A DNA stretch of 64,000 nucleotides from Octopus sinensis (Eukaryota). Below, piece after piece: positions 36,794 through 50,260 of the stretch. A program made the translations under genes and the position numbers. The first letter of the stretch is position 1; each line of letters opens with the position of its first letter. The stretch covers positions 2,418,001 to 2,482,000 of the forward strand of contig NC_043014.1 in assembly GCF_006345805.1 (NCBI RefSeq). Direction: 5' to 3'. The notes beneath the pieces are model-generated. The model searched no databases. It was not told where the DNA came from and worked only from the letters and a program-made list of their open reading frames with translations.

Positions 36794-39700
36794 CTGAAGA
36801 AGGAACAAGACAAGAATTGATGTGAAGAGGACAAGCTTTTGTTGTAAATGTTTAGGGATTAGAAAACTAACAGACAAGTCAACTAGTTAACCCATAACCT
36901 CGAGGGAATAATAGTAAATTAAGGGGCAACTGGGTTCTACTAAAATGCCTTAAACAAACAGGATAATATATCTTGTCTACAGACACAAAATCATTTGAAT
37001 CTACAATGTTGCGACCAGAATTTCAGAACCATAACCTTGGAGAAACTTAGCCTCATTTTTCAGAGAATTTTTTTTCAAAATATTTAGCCATTTCATACCA
37101 ATCTACAAAAGATTGCTCTGATTCTATGATAATAACTTCAGGTTTGAAGTGACTTTAATTAAGACCTTCCATCAAATTTTCAAGTCAGTTTACTAAATTC
37201 TTCATTTTGTTCAAAATTAATTGAAACAAGAGCAGAGTAATTAACTGAAACTGGAATATGGTAACAAAAGACTTAACATCATTTAATTTAAAATATTCCA
37301 TCAAAATTTTATGTCAATTATGTCCTAAATACTAGATTAATAATTTTAAAGTTATTTTATAAATTCCTTCATTATTTTCAAAATTAACTGAAACAAAAGT
37401 GTTAATGAAGAAAATTAGTAAAGATTTCATTCGTTGAAATATTGAAAAAATTAAAAATTCAAAAATGAGGAAGAAATTCATAATCTCAAAATTATAGTAA
37501 TTATCTTTTATGACTGCAGGCGTGGCTGAGTGGTTAAGAGGTTTGCTTCTAAACCACATGGTTTGGGGTTCAGTCCAGCTGTGTGGCACCATGGGCCAGA
37601 CTGGCCAAAGCCTTGTGAGCAAATATGGTAGACAGAAACTGAAAGAAGCTTGTGCATGTCCCCTTGTCTTGGCATTGTGGGATGAGTGACCCCGTCATAC
37701 AAGCTGTGTCCTTCATCACCAATAGTCTGCGAGAACCAGGTCTAGTTATGGAGAAATATTACTTCGCTTGGGAACAGGTGATAGTTGACAACAGGAAGGG
37801 CATCTGGTCATACAAATCTGGTTCAATAAACTCAATCCAACCCATGCAAGCACAGGTAGTGGACGTTAAAACAATAACAATGACCATATGTAATTGACTG
37901 TGTTCTGCAATCAGCTTTTATAAGAAATAGGGTCCTACCTGCCAACAAGATTATGATAAGGAAACATTTTCATTTTGAATAAAAAAAAATAATTTGATCT
38001 AATCCACAGGTTCTATCGCCCAAAACTATGTCACAAAAAGTCCAGTCGGTGACAGGAGACTATGTCAAACCTAGACATACCGTTGACATAACTCGACAGA
38101 GGCTGCAGGCTCAGAGAACCAGTTTAATCCAGATTAGCTTTAACCAAACAGATTATACAATCTGCTCGGTTAAAGCTAATCTCAAGGATTATAACAAGTG
38201 TATATAATATGTAGGTGATACAGATTTCAATGACTGGGTAAAATAAGTGAATGACGACGTGTTATTAAAAAGGGTGGAGAAAATATTGGCAGCATTTAAA
38301 AATATTTTAATCAGATTTAATAATATTTAGATTTGGTAGTTTTTCATGTTTTTGACACAAAAACTTAACAAGCAAATATGAGTTAATAAGTTCAGATTTG
38401 AACAATTAGAAAATATTTATTTCTTAATTCCAGTTCTGCCCTGATTGAATAGAACTATAGAGAAAAGGTCTTCCAGCTGTGACCACCCCAATTTTTTTTT
38501 CAGACATAGTATATACTTTTCTTTTATCTTTTACTTCATTCAGTCGCGGCCATGCTGGAGCTCCATCTTGACAGGTTTAATCAAATCAAATCTACCCCAG
38601 TACCTTTTTTTTCCCCCCTAAAGTCTGGTCCTTATTTTATTGATTTCTTATGCCAAACCACTAAGTCATGGGGACGTAAACAAACCAACACTTGTTGTCA
38701 ACTGGTAGGGGAGGGACAAACACATACACTTTGGAGAGAATATTAATATTAAATTAATATAAAGCGGTGAACTGGCAGAATCGTTAGCATGCCGGACAAA
38801 ATGCTTAGCAGCATTTCGTCCGTGTTTACATTCTGAGTTCAAATTCCACTGAAGTCGACTTTGCCTTTCATCCTTTCGAGGGCAATAAAATGAGTACTAG
38901 TTGAGCACTAGGGTCGATTTGATTGACTTAGCCCTGTCCCTAGGAAATTGCTGGCCTTGTGCCAACATTTGAAACCAATATCAAAATATCATATTTCCAT
39001 TTAATAACATTAAAGCATTTACGTATTCGTTTCGCTCATTCGGAAAACACACGTCTATTTTTGTATTTTCCCAGCCTGATCGTTTTCGTTTCAGCAGTAG
39101 TCCCAACGATATATGTACCCAAAACCAAAAACCACCACACATTATATACGTATTTGCATATATATATACACATACATTACATTACATGTATACACACGTG
39201 TGCATTTGCCCATGTAAATATTTATACATACATACAATGTGGGCGAAGGTAAAGAATACGCACATTGGTGTTTAGGGTTAGGGTTACGCCGAAAACGGGT
39301 GGTGTGCGTGTGGTTTACCTCCACCCTATACACAGATATTATTTACGAAGTCTCTATTCCAAATCATGCTTCATCACAACAATATCTTATCTTTATTATT
39401 ATCATCTGCGATTACTCAACAGTTTTCGTCGTAAATGGGGGATGTATAAAAATATCATGGCTTATAGGAAATACCGAAACGAAAAAGAAATGTTCTTTAC
39501 CAGAGAGATGTTAATGCTGCGATTCCAAAGACAGAAAATCTATACTTTCTGCCAATTCTTATACATCGTTACATCTCTTATATATAATTTATTACTGCTG
39601 TTTTTTTAATGTTATCAACAAAACCGTAATCTACACCCTCCAAAACATGTAAGCGAACTTACTATTACCTAGAACATTCCAAAGAATATTCTAGATTAAA

Positions 39701-41783
39701 GGTAAATATCGTAAAACCCAAAGAATGCTCCAGGGAAGGGGCACTGGCTGGCTAAACAACACAGCAGATATTCTGTGCTTTCGTGGGATTATACAGATAA
39801 CTGGTTCTCCATAAAGTAAAAATGAGAATGAAAAGTTGTTTTTGGTAAGATATTAAAAATATCAAGAAAAAGCCAGTATTTTAGGATCAGTTCAAAAAGC
39901 CTATGGATAAGTTTAATAATTTTCTATGATGAGACCCTAACTCAGCCCCAAATTCGTAAAGCAAAATCGAGATTAGGGTCATTGACAGTATTCAACTAAA
40001 GTATTGGTGACCTAAGTTAAGTGATATCACCACAGACTTGAGCTCACCCACCCCCACGGCTTGTTTTACCTATAAATTGCCTTTAAAATGCATAATTTTT
40101 AATGAAATTTTCTGGTGATATATTTTAGACATTGTAGATTATGATTATGTCGGGAAAAGTTGTAAAAATGTTTGGGTATGACATTAAACTGCATCCGATG
40201 ATGAGGATCCAGTTTGGTTGTTCTGGAGTCGTAGGAACGAGGGGTCACCCCTTTCATTATCATTATTCCCAGGTCCTTTCTGACCCGGAACAGTGGTAGA
40301 CAGACAGGTAGATAGACAGACAGACAGATAGATAGAGGGGGGACCGGTGCTTTACTATCTTCATAAGAAAAAAAGCAAAAAACCTTATGGAAACGTTTCA
40401 TAATTCTTTAACAGTTCTCTTTGAGTTGGCTCTGAGCCAAGTCCAAAGCTGCTGCTATAACAAGCTTTTATATAATAATATACTTCGCTGACAAGAGACG
40501 GGCCACGAGGCTCCCGATTTCGAGGTTTGCAGAACCTAAAATAACATCTTAGATTGCTTGAGGGTCAGAAATTAATACAAGGAGAATATAATCGATTGAA
40601 GGGACCTCAATACATGAAATGCACTTTTTTATTATCTCCGTCCCAAGGTGGAAAGAAAAATAAAGTTGACGTCAACAGGATGTGAACGTAGAACAAGGTG
40701 CGACAGAAAACGTGTTACAGGATTTCGTCCTTTGAATCTCCATTAAAAGCAAACCATAGTTTTTTTATATTTTATATTCTTGCCAGTTTTTTACGAAATT
40801 ACTTGGATATTCTTCACATTTACCAAGTTGATATTTCGTCCGCTGTCCTGGCATTTCTGACATACAACTGTTATAATCGGTGGAGCAACAATGGTAATTG
40901 TATCTAAAATAGACACGAAGGTACGAAATTTGGAGGAGAGACACATGATATATATTATCCCAGTACAAGTCTGGTATTTTACTTATTATCATCGACCCCG
41001 GATAATTAAAAAAGAAAAATTAGCGACAGCCGAATTTGAACACAGAACATAAAGATATTTCTTTACTACCCACAAGGGGCTAAACATAAAGGGGACAAAC
41101 AGGGATAGACAAAGGGATAAAGTCGATTACATCCACCCCAGTGCTTGACTGGTATTTAATTAATCGACCCCGAAAGGATGAAAGGCAAAGTTGACCTCGG
41201 CGGAATTTGAACTCAGAACGTAAAAACAGACGAAATACAGAACATAAAGAGCCAAAAGGAATACAGCAAAGCATTTCGTGATCTTACCATTCTTTCAGTC
41301 CACCACCTTTGAATAATGGGTTTTAATTTAGGCACAAACCCAGTACTTTTGAGGGGAGGGGTAGTCGATACCATCGATCCAAATATTTCGCCGATATATT
41401 GTATTATGAAAGGATGAAAGACAAGACTAACTTCGGCGTGGTTTGAACCTCAGAACATAAAGAACCAGCAAAGCATTTCGTCCTCTTACCGTTCTGTGAA
41501 CCTACCACCTTTGAATAATGGGTTTTAATTTAGCCACAAACGGAGTACTTTTGAGGGGAGAGGCTAATCGATCCAAGTATTTGACCGATATATTGTATTA
41601 TGAACGGATGAAAGGCAAGACTGACTTCGGCGTGGTTTGAACCTCAGAACTTAAGAGTCAAAAGAAATACAGAAAGGGAGGATTCTGACCCTTAAAGGGG
41701 CCTGACAATACACTGCAATTAATAATGATAATAGTAATGATATTATTGCGATGATAAAGAGAAAGAAAGGTGGTGGGACTCAC

Positions 41784-41915
41784 CTCAACGAGAGAGAAAT
41801 TGATCTCGACGTCGGATTTCACGAAACCTCCGCACCCCAAGACACTGTCACAGAGGGACCTTGTGGGAATGTAAATAAATAAGAAGAGAAAACAGGTCAG
41901 CATTTCCCCCACCAT
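41784..41915 (-). CDS. NOMO1: Nodal modulator (NOMO) exon 1: start codon, signal peptide
   Basis: MVGEMLTCFLFLFIYIPTRSLCDSVLGCGGFVKSDVEINFSLVE matches the NOMO N-terminus as recalled (GCGGFVKSDVEINYSLIE); gtgagt donor; 132 nt. Confidence 0.93.
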
Positions 41916-42058
41916 TGTTTAAAAGAGGTATTTTCTGGTGGATGCGGCGAGAGAGAGAAAAAAGAGGGAGTCGACCCAAAGGAGACGAGACGAAGCAAAG
42001 ACGGAGAGGAACTTCGGTCTGGAGGAGAGGAAAATCAGAAATAGAAACCAGGGAAGCG

Positions 42059-42067
42059 CACTTCCGC
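42059..42067 (-). promoter_or_regulatory. ETS/GABP-type site in the putative NOMO promoter / 5' region
   Basis: GCGGAAGTG on the minus strand ~145 nt upstream of the ATG, in a CpG-containing non-repeat patch. Confidence 0.4.
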
Positions 42068-42146
42068 CGGTTAAGTAGTCGCACTAGAGTTGTGTCCCCT
42101 TGGCTAATTAGAAAAAACTTTCTAGAATTACAGGCATTTCTATATC

Positions 42147-42557
42147 GAGCTGGCAGAAACGTTAGCACGCCGGGCGAAATGCGTAGCCGTATTTCATCTG
42201 TCGTTACGTTCTGAGTTCAAATTCCGCCGAGGTCGACTTTGCCTTTTATTTTTTTCGGCGGTCGATAAATTAAGTACCAGTTACGCACTGGGGTCGATGT
42301 AATCGACTTAATCCGTCTGTCTGTCCTTGTTTGTCTTCTCTATGTTTAGCCCCTTGTGGGTAATAAAGAAATAGGTATTTCGTCTGCCGCTACGTTCTGA
42401 GTTCAAATTCCGCCGAGGTCGACTTTGCCTTTCATCCTTTCAGGGTCGATAAATAACGTACCAGTTACGCACTGAGGTTGATATAATCGACTTAATCCGT
42501 CTGTCTGTCCTTGTTTGTCCCCTCTGTGTTTAGCTCCTTGTGGGTAGCAAAGAAATA
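42147..42557 (+). mobile_element. SINE family C with duplicated body; other copies ~33935-34339, 20079-20270, 38762-38978, 21655-21925(-), 41055-41230(-), 61622-61830
   Basis: B box gagttcaaattcc; body gcctttcatcctttcggggtcgataaattaagtaccag, which resembles the Meta-type SINE domain as recalled. Confidence 0.85.
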
Positions 42558-43489
42558 TATATTCTCACATTGAGAACAGCCTAGGAGGAAGAAGAAGGAG
42601 GATGAGGTGGTGGTGGTGGTGATGATTGCTTCTGATTTAGGCACACGGCCAGCAATGTTGAGAGAAGCGGGTGGTCGATACCATCGACTCCAGTACTTGA
42701 TTGGTAACTTAGATAGGTTTCAGCCAGTATTGGCCCCCAGGCCATGTCTACTTTATTTTATCAACCCCTACGGGATGAAAAGCAAATTTGATTTATTGAC
42801 CCCAAAAGGATGAACGGCAAAGTTGACCTTGGTGGAATTTGAACTCAGAACGTAGTGATGGGTGAAATACTGCTAAGCATATCGTCCAGCATGCTAACGT
42901 TTCTGCCAGCTCACCACCTTCATCATCATCATCATCATCAGCGTTTAACGTCCGTTTTCCATGCTGGCATGGGTTGGAAGGTTTGACTGAGGTCTGGAGA
43001 GCCAGTGGCTGCACCAGGCTCCAATCTGATCTGGCAATGTTTCTACAGCTGGATGCCCTTCCTAACGCCAACCACTCCGAGAGTGTAGTGGGTGCTTTTT
43101 ATGTGTCACCAGCACAGGAGCCAGTCAGGCGGCACTGGCATCAACATGTTTGGCTAGTGCTTTTCACATGCCACCGTGACCACTAACCACCAATTTAGGC
43201 AGTTTATTCCATTCACTGAAATACTTCAAACTAAATATATACAACCAGATTTGAATGGTCACTTTAACAAGTTTATTTTGTAAATGTGTGTTTTTGAGTT
43301 CAAATCTTATGTGAATTTAATCAAATAGTGTTAAGAAAATATTGGGGTGAATTGGTAGTCGTTAGAGCATCAGATAAGAAAGCTTAGTGTTGTTAGTTTT
43401 GCTCTCTGTGTTCTGAGTTCTAATCCTACTGAGGTATCAATTTAGCTTTTCATTCTTATGGGACCAATAAATAAAGTACCAGTTATATA

Positions 43490-43895
43490 GGCGCAGGAGT
43501 GGCTGTGTGGTGAGTAGCTTGCTAACCAACCACATGGTTCCAGGTTCAGTCCCACTGCGTGGCATCTTGGGCAAGTGTCTTCTACTATAGCCTCGGGCCG
43601 ACCAAAGCCTTGTGAGTGGATTTGGTAGACAGAAACTGAAAGAAGCCTGTCGTATATATGTATATATATATATGTATGTGTGTGTGTGTTTGTGTGTCTG
43701 TGTTTGTCACCCTAGCATTGCTTGACAACCGATGCTGGTGTGTTTACGTCCCCGTCACTTAGCGGTTTGGCAAAAGAGACCGATAGAATAAGTACTGGGC
43801 TTACAAAGAATAAGTACCGGGGTCGATTTGCTCGACTAAAGGTGGTGCTCCAGCATGGCCGCAGTCAAATGACTGAAACAAGTAAAAGAGTAAAG
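43490..43895 (+). mobile_element. tRNA-derived SINE family A; other copies ~10857-11264, 30091-30368, 50523-50940, 62928-63313(-), 1339-1857(-), many fragments
   Basis: Head ggcgcaggagtggctgtgtgg...ggttcagtccc, CORE-like cttgggcaag block, internal (TA/TG)n, aaagagtaaa tail. Confidence 0.88.
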
Positions 43896-44935
43896 TTATG
43901 TATGGTGGAGCTAACCACTTCTTTCTCTGCATCACTTACATTGCAATGTGACGGGTCAACAAGGACTGCTTAAAGCCAATGCCATCTAAGGTCATGGGCA
44001 CACAGGGCACTTGCCCTGGGACCCAATTCTAATTTATGTATGCTATGGCACACTCATATATTGTGTATGCAGTGGGGTCTGGTGCATAGCATTGCCAGGT
44101 GTGGTGGTGTGTGTGGGTAGCTATGATACTACTTAGATGGTTCGGTTCATAAGGTCCCTTCTCCGTTACCTCTGAAGAAAAGGGGAGGAAGAGAGCAGCA
44201 TCCTCTTCACAAGAAAATTTCACATACAAAATTGAAAACAAAATGGGTTTCATGACTAAAATACTCAAAGAAAAGACTACCAGAACGTATGGGATGCAGT
44301 CGTCTTCTACAGACCTTGCCTTAGGACCATACGAAGAATTTCTTGGTGCAGCTGTTTTATTCAAAATTTCTATTTCCGTTGAGTATGCAAATTTATAAGT
44401 TAAACATATTAAATTGGCAACCCTTGTCTGGCCATATAGGAGCACTCTGTCAGTTACGACAAGGGTTCCAGCTGATACGATCAACAGAACAGCCTGCTCG
44501 TAAAATTAACGTGCAAGTGGCTGAGCACTCCACAGACATGTGTAACCCTAACGTAGTTCTCAGGGAGATTCAGCATGACAAGGCTGGCCCTTTGAAATAC
44601 AGGTACAACTCATTTTTGCCAGCTGAGTGGACTGGAGCAACGTGAAATAAAGTGTCTTGCTCAAGGACACAAGGTGTCACTGGGAATTGAACTCACGACC
44701 TTACAATCGTGAGCCGAATGCCTTAACCACTAAGCTATGTGCCTTCTGGCCATATATATTTAGGTTGAAACACAGAACAAACTACCTGCATCGGTTGTCA
44801 GAACAGAGCATCCTCCAAAAATTCCATGCTTTCCAAAATTCACCAACGCTCCTCCTGCGATTCTTTCCTTTTCACAATTCTTTTACTGTTCACTTTCCTG
44901 CCTTTTTTGTATTTCATTGTTTACTGTGCATGTAT

Positions 44936-45166
44936 TTAACCCTTTCGTTACCAACCCGACTGAAACTGCCTCAGGCTCTGTAGTACAAATGTCTTGTTTT
45001 CATAAGTTTTGAATTTAAAATCTTCCACCAAACCTTAGTCACAATTTATGTTCCTAACACTAGCTAAATGATAACTAAGTTATTTTACTAAATTCTTTGT
45101 TATATTTAAGATTAATTGAAAGAAACACAGAGCACCTCAAAATAAATACAGTAACGAAAGGGTTAA
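44936..45166. mobile_element. piggyBac-type MITE (monomer)
   Basis: TTAA-CCCTTTCGTTAC...GTAACGAAAGGG-TTAA. Confidence 0.85.
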
Positions 45167-45840
45167 GGTATTCATTGCTGTCTCTCCCTACTTGACTTAT
45201 AGCAGCTTTCTGTCCCTCTTTTAACCTTTTCCAGCAAGCTGTAGTGCCCCAGAACACTGTACACAATAAACCCATTATTAGTATTCCTATTATGGTTGCA
45301 TTATCATCATCGTTTAAAGACCACTTTCCATGCTGGCATGGGTTGGACAGTTTGACTGAAAACTTGTAAGCCAGGGATGGCAGGGGGACTGTTACACTGG
45401 GTCCCAACCTGATTTGGCAAGGTTTCTACGGTTGGATGCCCTTCCAAATGCCAACAACTCCAAGAGTGTAGTGGGTGCATTTTATGTGCAACTGACCTGA
45501 CACCAGCATCAGCCATGACTATGGAAACACTTGGCTTGACAGAGCAACACAAGCAAAGTGTATGCAGTCCAAGAATTTGGACCTGGAGATCTCCATTTCC
45601 AGTGACTTCGAGGGCCACCTCTTAGTGGTGTTGGGCATCAACAAAGAACCCTCGATTACAAGACAACCAAAGTTTTTATTTTTCCCAAGGTCTGGGGTCT
45701 CCCGCCCCTAAGCCCTAGACCATCAACAAAGTGTATCACCAAGGGTCTTGGTCACTTGTCACTACCTTCATGAGGCCCAATGCTCAAATGGTACCTTTTT
45801 ACGTTCTGCCAGTCAGACGGCACTAGCATCGGCCACTAGC

Positions 45841-46078
45841 ATTTACCATGCTACGCCAGACTTCACGGTCCATCATGGCATTACGGAGGTCCTGTTGCTG
45901 GATGCCTGTATACCTGGAGATTACATCACACTCTCCTACACTGATGTAATCTCCAGGGATACAGGCATCCAGCAACAGGACCTCCGTAATGCCATGATGG
46001 ACCGTGAAGTCTGGCGTAGCATGGTAAATTCCATTGTCTCGACCACAGTCGAACAATGATGATGATGATGATGATGAT
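45841..46078 (+). mobile_element. RTE-like LINE 3' end with inverted 5' duplication and (GAT)n tail
   Basis: Encodes ...DVISRDTGIQQQDLRNAMMDREVWRSMVNSIV...*; 88-bp arms 45841-45928 and 45942-46029. Confidence 0.75.
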
Positions 46079-46408
46079 CAGCCACGACTACAATCTCACT
46101 CAGTTTCACAGGTCTAGTGTTAGGAAGGGCGTCCAGCGGCAGAAACATTGTCAGATCAGACTGGAGCCTGGTGCAGCCACTGGCTCTCCAGACCTCAGTC
46201 AAACCGTACAACCCATTCCATCATGGAAAACAGACATTAAATGATGATGCTGTTTCATTCAGGCACTGCTTCTACAGCTGGATGCCCTCCCTAACACCAA
46301 GAAGTCAACAGAGTGTACTCGGTGCATCTTACCATATCAGCACCAAAGTCCTCAACAACTAGAAAGCACTACAAAGCAGGTGCTGGCGTCGGGTACAGTC
46401 CTCTGGTT

Positions 46409-46589
46409 CACCACCACCACCACCACCACCACCACCACCACCACCATCACCACCACCACCATCACCACCATCACCACCACCACCATCACCACCACCACCA
46501 CCATCACCACCACCACCACCATCATCATCACCATCACCACCACCACCACCACCACCACCACCCACCACCACCATCACCATCACCATCAT
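46409..46589. repeat. (CAC/CAT)n microsatellite expanded at a family-D tail
   Basis: Contiguous with the catcatcgtttaacgtcc element end. Confidence 0.92.
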
Positions 46590-47303
46590 CGTTTAACGTC
46601 CGTTCTCCATGCTAGCATGGGTTGGACGGTTCGACCGGGGATCTGGGAAGCCAGAAGGCTGCACCAGGCTCCAGTCTGATCTGGCAATGTTTCCACAGCT
46701 GGATGCCCTTCCTAATGCCAACCACTCCGTGAGTGTAGTGGGTGCTTTTTACGTGCCACCTGCACAGGTGCCAGGCGAGGCTGGCAACGGCCATGGTCGG
46801 ATTGGTGCATTTTATGTGCCACCGGCACGGAAGCCAGTCGAGTCGGCACTGGCTTCAGCCACGATTCGGATGGTGCTTTTTACATGCCACCGGCACGGAA
46901 GCCAGTCGAGGCAGCACTGGCTTCGGATGTTCGTCAGTTCATATTAAACCCTCCAGCCCATGCCAGCATGGAACGGGGTCGTTGAATGAGTATGATGTCT
47001 GAAAATGGTTCCATTAAAACAATCAACACTTTTATGCGTTACAATGAGGTTGAAATAAAAATCAAGACAAAACAGTTTTAGATAAAAATTTTGATTTTCT
47101 TTTATATATAAAGGAAGTTTACAATAAGCCTTCTGCATAAAATCAAAATCCTGTACATTGCTTCAAAGATGTTTTTATTACACACACAGACACACACACA
47201 TTTCCATGAGATTAATTCTAAACAACCTCAAAGAAAAGTTGTGTACAAAAATACATTTTCTTCTGTAGCAATACTGTCTCCCACTAACAACACTTTGTAC
47301 CTC

Positions 47304-47307
<4 letters not shown>

Positions 47308-47346
<39 letters not shown>

Positions 47347-47840
47347 TACATACATACATACACATATACACACAAACATATATGCATACATACATATATG
47401 CATACATATATACATACATACATATATGCATACATACATACATACATATATATACATACATACATATACATACATACATATACATACATACATATACATA
47501 CATACATACATATATATACATACATACATATATGCATACATATAAATACATACATACACATACATACATACATATATACATATATACATACATATAAATA
47601 CATACATATATACACACATATAAATACATACATATATACACATACATACATACATATATACATACATATATACATATACATACATACACACAAACACACA
47701 TACATATATGCATACATACATACATATGCACATACATATATACATACATATATATAGATACATATATACATACATATATACATACATACATACATACATA
47801 CACAAACACACATACACACAAACACACATACATACATAGA
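47308..47840. repeat. Compound (TA)/(CATA)/(CA) microsatellite downstream of the TMEM209 stop codon
   Basis: Visible low-complexity tract. Confidence 0.95.
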
Positions 47841-48467
47841 TATTTATAAGGGAGGCACAATAAAGTGTGACACCAAATTTGGGCTCTTTAGTGGCATCCA
47901 CAATCCACTCTGGCATCTTGTATAGAAATGCATGAAGCACCAAACTCGGTTTTCACACTTCTTTGCAGATGAAATAGAAGCTACTGGGGATTGGCTGAGA
48001 AATTTTGTCACTCCCTCCACATTCGCCCACCCTTGGTCCTTCAGATCTCCACCCGCCTCTGTTTCACCCTCTTTGAAATTCCCTGAAGAGGGTGTAAGAA
48101 CTTTTGCCAGTAAAGACAGGAAATTCTTTGAGCAAGAAATAATGGATCAGCCCACCAGATGGCAGAAGGATTCTGGAACGAAATGGTAATTATATCATTC
48201 GTAGAACATAACACATTTTGTTTAAAATTTGTGTCTGATTTTTGCTTTAAAAACCCCCAAAATAGACGTTTTAGCCAACCCAATATATAAATGAAGAGAG
48301 AGAGAAAAGTCAAAAAAATTGATATTGGTTCTTTGGAAGACAGAAGCAGTGAGAAGTATTTCTTGTACACAGGTGTGCCACATTGTGATGATGTAAATGC
48401 ACCTGAGTCGTGAGTTCAGTCCCAGGTAGGAACATCCAGCAAGGAAGGTGATGGGTGATACGGTGCT

Positions 48468-48519
48468 TCAATTAAAGATCCACATTATATTCACACCAGA
48501 CAATCCTAAGTTGACTCTC
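48468..48519 (-). CDS. TMEM209: TMEM209 last coding exon
   Basis: GRVNLGLSGVNIMWIFN*, the characteristic TMEM209 C-terminus; TGA at 48470-48468. Confidence 0.96.
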
Positions 48520-48654
48520 CTGAAAAAAGAACAGAGAAACGGTTATATACATATAAAGTTAATCCAAACAAGAAAGCACAAAAAAAAAAACAACACGAGG
48601 ACGTGGAACAAATATAGTATTATTGGATGCTCAGGAAGGAAGGGAAGAAGGAGG

Positions 48655-48689
48655 ATTTAACGTTTCGAGCAGAGCTCTTCGTCAGAAAC
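48655..48689 (-). ncRNA. Minimal hammerhead in ~185-bp repeat (copy 3)
   Basis: gttt-CUGACGA-A-GAGC(UCU)GCUC-GAAA-CG-UU-aaat. Confidence 0.6.
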
Positions 48690-49359
48690 ATAGAAGGGAA
48701 GACAGAGGAAAAAAATCGCCAACGGTACACACGCGGTCACAAAATAATATATAAATATATGCATGTATACATACATATATGTACATACCTACATATATAT
48801 GTATATATACAGGCATATGTGGGTAGAGGACATCAAAAAAACATAGACAAAATGGAAAACAAGAACATAGAAAACAAACTTCTTTTCAAACAACGAAAGA
48901 AACAAACAGAGAAAGGAGACAGGGGCAACATAAAGAACATTCCCTTCATCAGTTGTTCCCTGTTTTATCTACTCTGTGTTTCGAAGGTAAGGACAATATG
49001 TGACTTCGTTGAAACAGTCCTTTCTGCAAAGCAAATTAAATAAAATTTGGGATTTTTTGCGGAGGGTTAAAGTGGTAACAAAAACAGGAGAGTGAGAACA
49101 AAACAGTAAAAACAAATGGTGAGGACTGCTAAGGCAAGACGATGTGAAGTGGTGAACGCTGGGAAAAACGAGCTTTGAGAAGAGACAGGCAAAAGTATGT
49201 CTTATCTTTAGGAAGGAAGTGGAAGAAAGGAAGATGGATAGTCGTTGGTCATGTGTGAGCAATGAGAGTCAAGGAGGAAGAGTGAGAGAGAGAGGGAATG
49301 GTGAAGGGGAGAGGAGAAGAATAGGGAAAGGGTGGGAAAGAAAAACAGAAAGGAAGAAG

Positions 49360-49411
<52 letters not shown>

Positions 49412-49492
49412 GATAAATGATGTATATAAGAATTTTTTTAATGAAAAGTGAAGAATACATAAAGAGTGAAATGATGCCAAACTTCGACTTAC

Positions 49493-49566
49493 CCTAGCAT
49501 TCCATGTTCCTTTGCTTTGATGTGATAGAGGAACAAGAGTAGAGCGTGGAACATGTTATTCCTACC
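49493..49566 (-). CDS. TMEM209: TMEM209 penultimate coding exon
   Basis: GRNNMFHALLLFLYHIKAKEHGML; cag/gtaagt; phase 0->2. Confidence 0.95.
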
Positions 49567-50260
49567 CTGTATTCAAAGAGAATTGAAATTATGTTAAAAA
49601 GAAACAAAATTTGAAAAATTTGAAAACCACCACCACCACCACCACCATCATCATCATCATGTCAATGTCTGCATTTTTTTTGTTTGTTTTTTATAAGCCT
49701 TGAGGATCAAAGGGTCAGCCGTCCAGTAAAACACCCCTGCACCCCTTGGTGTCCTGTCATCTATTTCATCCGTGTTGGCCAATGTCCAAACACATCTGAC
49801 CACATCACTTCTTCCATAATCTCTTCGCGTCTTTCAGCTGCCTTCCCACATTAACATGTAGTATTTCACTCACCTTGCAGGTATCATGTAGCAGTGGTGC
49901 CTACTTACAGCTAGGTAGACTGGGTTATTGATACATGACTGCCTTCACCATGGACAAAGTTCAATGCTAATGACAGGGCCCAGTGTGCCGAATTTCCAGT
50001 TGACAGTCTGAATCCCTATCGAACCAGTCCCCTGTAACTATCCAACAACCCTTTAAAAATTACAGGGTCCCCCCCCCCCCATTTCTCATTTTCTGAACAT
50101 GACAAAAGCCCCACCTTTTTTACACTGGAAGTATTTTCAACCTTTTTGCCATCGTATTTCTGCTGAAATCCACTAGATTCCATAGACTAGTATTTTGTTT
50201 TATAATAATTATTAATGTGTCACTAACGACAATGTAATTTACCTGGATGGCTCTACTTAC

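Noticed and set aside
46313-46679. Poly-His, poly-Thr and poly-Gly ORFs
   Set aside because: (CAC)n microsatellite at a retroposon tail.
47169-47943. Long Y/I/H/T and M/Y/V/C ORFs
   Set aside because: Compound dinucleotide/tetranucleotide microsatellite.
48930-49035. Hammerhead from ctgatgaag and cgaaac on the minus strand
   Set aside because: I could not pair the required stems in the observed order; possibly a decayed pLTR.
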